Origin: Mobula hypostoma | Taxonomy: Eukaryota | Reading direction: 5' to 3' | Length of the DNA stretch: 64,000 nucleotides | Assembly (NCBI RefSeq): GCF_963921235.1 | Contig: NC_086097.1 | Span: 79,610,001-79,674,000, forward strand | Part shown: positions 62,801-64,000 of the stretch, piece after piece | Numbering within the stretch: position 1 is the stretch's first letter | Layout of the letters: each line of letters begins with the position of its first letter | Notes under the pieces: model-generated | The model's input: only the letters and a program-made list of their open reading frames with translations | Told to the model about the DNA's origin: nothing | The model's database searches: none | Position numbers and translations under genes: made by a program

Positions 62801-63466
62801 AACATCAAAAGAGGTAAGCATTCTGCAGGTTGCTCGGGATTGGAAAATGGATGTGGACTTGGGGAAAAAGGCTTGTGTTTCCCCCAGACATTGTGGCTAC
62901 AACACTCCGGCCAGACATGGTCCTGTGGTCCACAACAGCCAAGTTGGCATATGTTGTGGAATTGACAGTACCATGGGAAGATAGTGTTGAAGAAGCTTAT
63001 GAGAAGGAAAAGACCAAGTACTCTGAACTGGCAACTGAAGCTGCTCAGAATGGCTGGAAGACCAAGATTTTCCCTGTAGAAGTGGGCTACACCTATGACC
63101 AGTCTATTGAAAAAGATGGGGGTTGGGGTTACTCACTCCAACAAGCAATCAAGTCCTTGTCAAATGCAGCAGAAGAAAGTCGTAACTGGATTTGGATTAA
63201 AAGGGAAGACAACAACTGGGCTGCAAGATGAAGACAAGAGGGTATGGAACTGAGGGGGGTGTATCTGGGATGCCAGGTAACACCGTTGAGCCCTCTGGAG
63301 ATGTCGTGGGCTTATCAATGAAATGTCAAAGAAGGAGAGTGCCCACCTGACGACCCCGATGAGGTACCTACCCTCCTTGACACCACTCCAAGGCCACTGC
63401 CAACATCAAGAGTGCCCACTTATCATAGGGATTGAAACATCAAGTCCTATTAGCTCTACAATCTAC
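59805..63466 (+). mobile_element. Near full-length decayed HERO-like (R2 group) non-LTR retrotransposon: zinc finger, RT, CCHC, restriction-like endonuclease
   Basis: CRCG...GLKIHQG..KC, LLNIEGKIFFSV, FLDLAN, AYMDD, CSLC....SLRHILTGC, YTWQHNQVL and RPDMVLW...VELTVPWE; stops and frameshifts present. Confidence 0.88.
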
Positions 63467-63683
63467 TAATCTATTTTTAATATATACTTCTTGTTGTTGT
63501 TTATAATTTTTATTACTACGTATTCCAATGTGCCGCTGTTGCAAAACAACAAATTTCACAACATGTGCTGGTGATATTAAACCTGATTCTAATTCTGATA
63601 ACTATTCTTTCCAGAAACCTGATTGGATGAGGACTAACCAATCTTCATTTCCTCATTTGGGATGGATAAGGGGGGCATAAATT
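63467..63683 (+). repeat. Right copy of the ~217-bp direct repeat
   Basis: See 59588-59804. Confidence 0.9.
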
Positions 63684-63822
63684 CCACTGGATGATGCCCA
63701 AGCATCATCCCTAATGAAGATGGCAGAATTTGTCATCAAAATGTTGGTTAAAATTGATACCTGCACTCAGTTGTAAGCCCAAGAATTTATTTCTTATATA
63801 TGCCAGGAAAGCACTAGATCCT
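63600..63822 (+). mobile_element. Terminal fragment of a second Penelope-like family with a decayed hammerhead motif (63707-63749)
   Basis: CTAATGA-A-GATGGCA GAATT TGTCATC-AAAA-TGTT, consistent with a decayed CTGATGA / 7-bp stem II / GAAACGTC. Confidence 0.55.
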
Positions 63823-64000
63823 TTATTGGGAACTGTACATATTTTAACAATACCAGTAAAAGCAACAGCAATCTGCTTTCAACTGCAATACAATCAAAAT
63901 ATCAGAAAACTTGGCATTTAGAAAAACGTTAAGAACCAGATGTTAACTGTCTACATTTAAATACCTACAACAACATGATTAAATTATTTAAATTTTAAGT

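Larger units (their letters stand above)
1..64000 (-). other. gphn: Intronic region of gephyrin spanning the C4 cassette cluster of the linker (C) domain
   Basis: Three minus-strand AG/GT-bounded exons resemble gephyrin C4 cassettes in the expected order. The flanking constitutive exons (ending ...TASCPTPK and starting VQSRCSSKE...) were not found by eye. Confidence 0.75.

Overview
Vertebrate genomic DNA, AT-rich and dense in transposable elements. The repeat set (CR1, Rex1/Babar, V-SINE, Penelope-like, Tc1, Gypsy, HERO-like) suggests a cartilaginous fish, probably a ray; this is inference. The window appears to lie inside a very large intron of the gephyrin gene (gphn, minus strand). Three short linker-domain cassette exons can be read in the mammalian order: C4a-like (37191-37247), C4b-like (31278-31339) and C4c-like (30392-30433). 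They were matched to mammalian sequences recalled from memory, so BLAST confirmation is needed. No constitutive gphn exon was found. Main findings: (1) the C4b-like exon carries an apparent 4-nt frameshift, which an internal AG could rescue into a new 54-nt in-frame exon; (2) a HERO-like RT-RLE retrotransposon is flanked by a ~217-bp direct repeat that looks like an extremely long target-site duplication; (3) many Penelope terminal fragments carry minimal hammerhead ribozyme motifs, several arranged as palindromes, with an intact motif in the gphn sense orientation; (4) there are nested and rearranged DNA transposons. Most short ORFs in the track are TE fragments or noise. Boundaries of old repeats are approximate.
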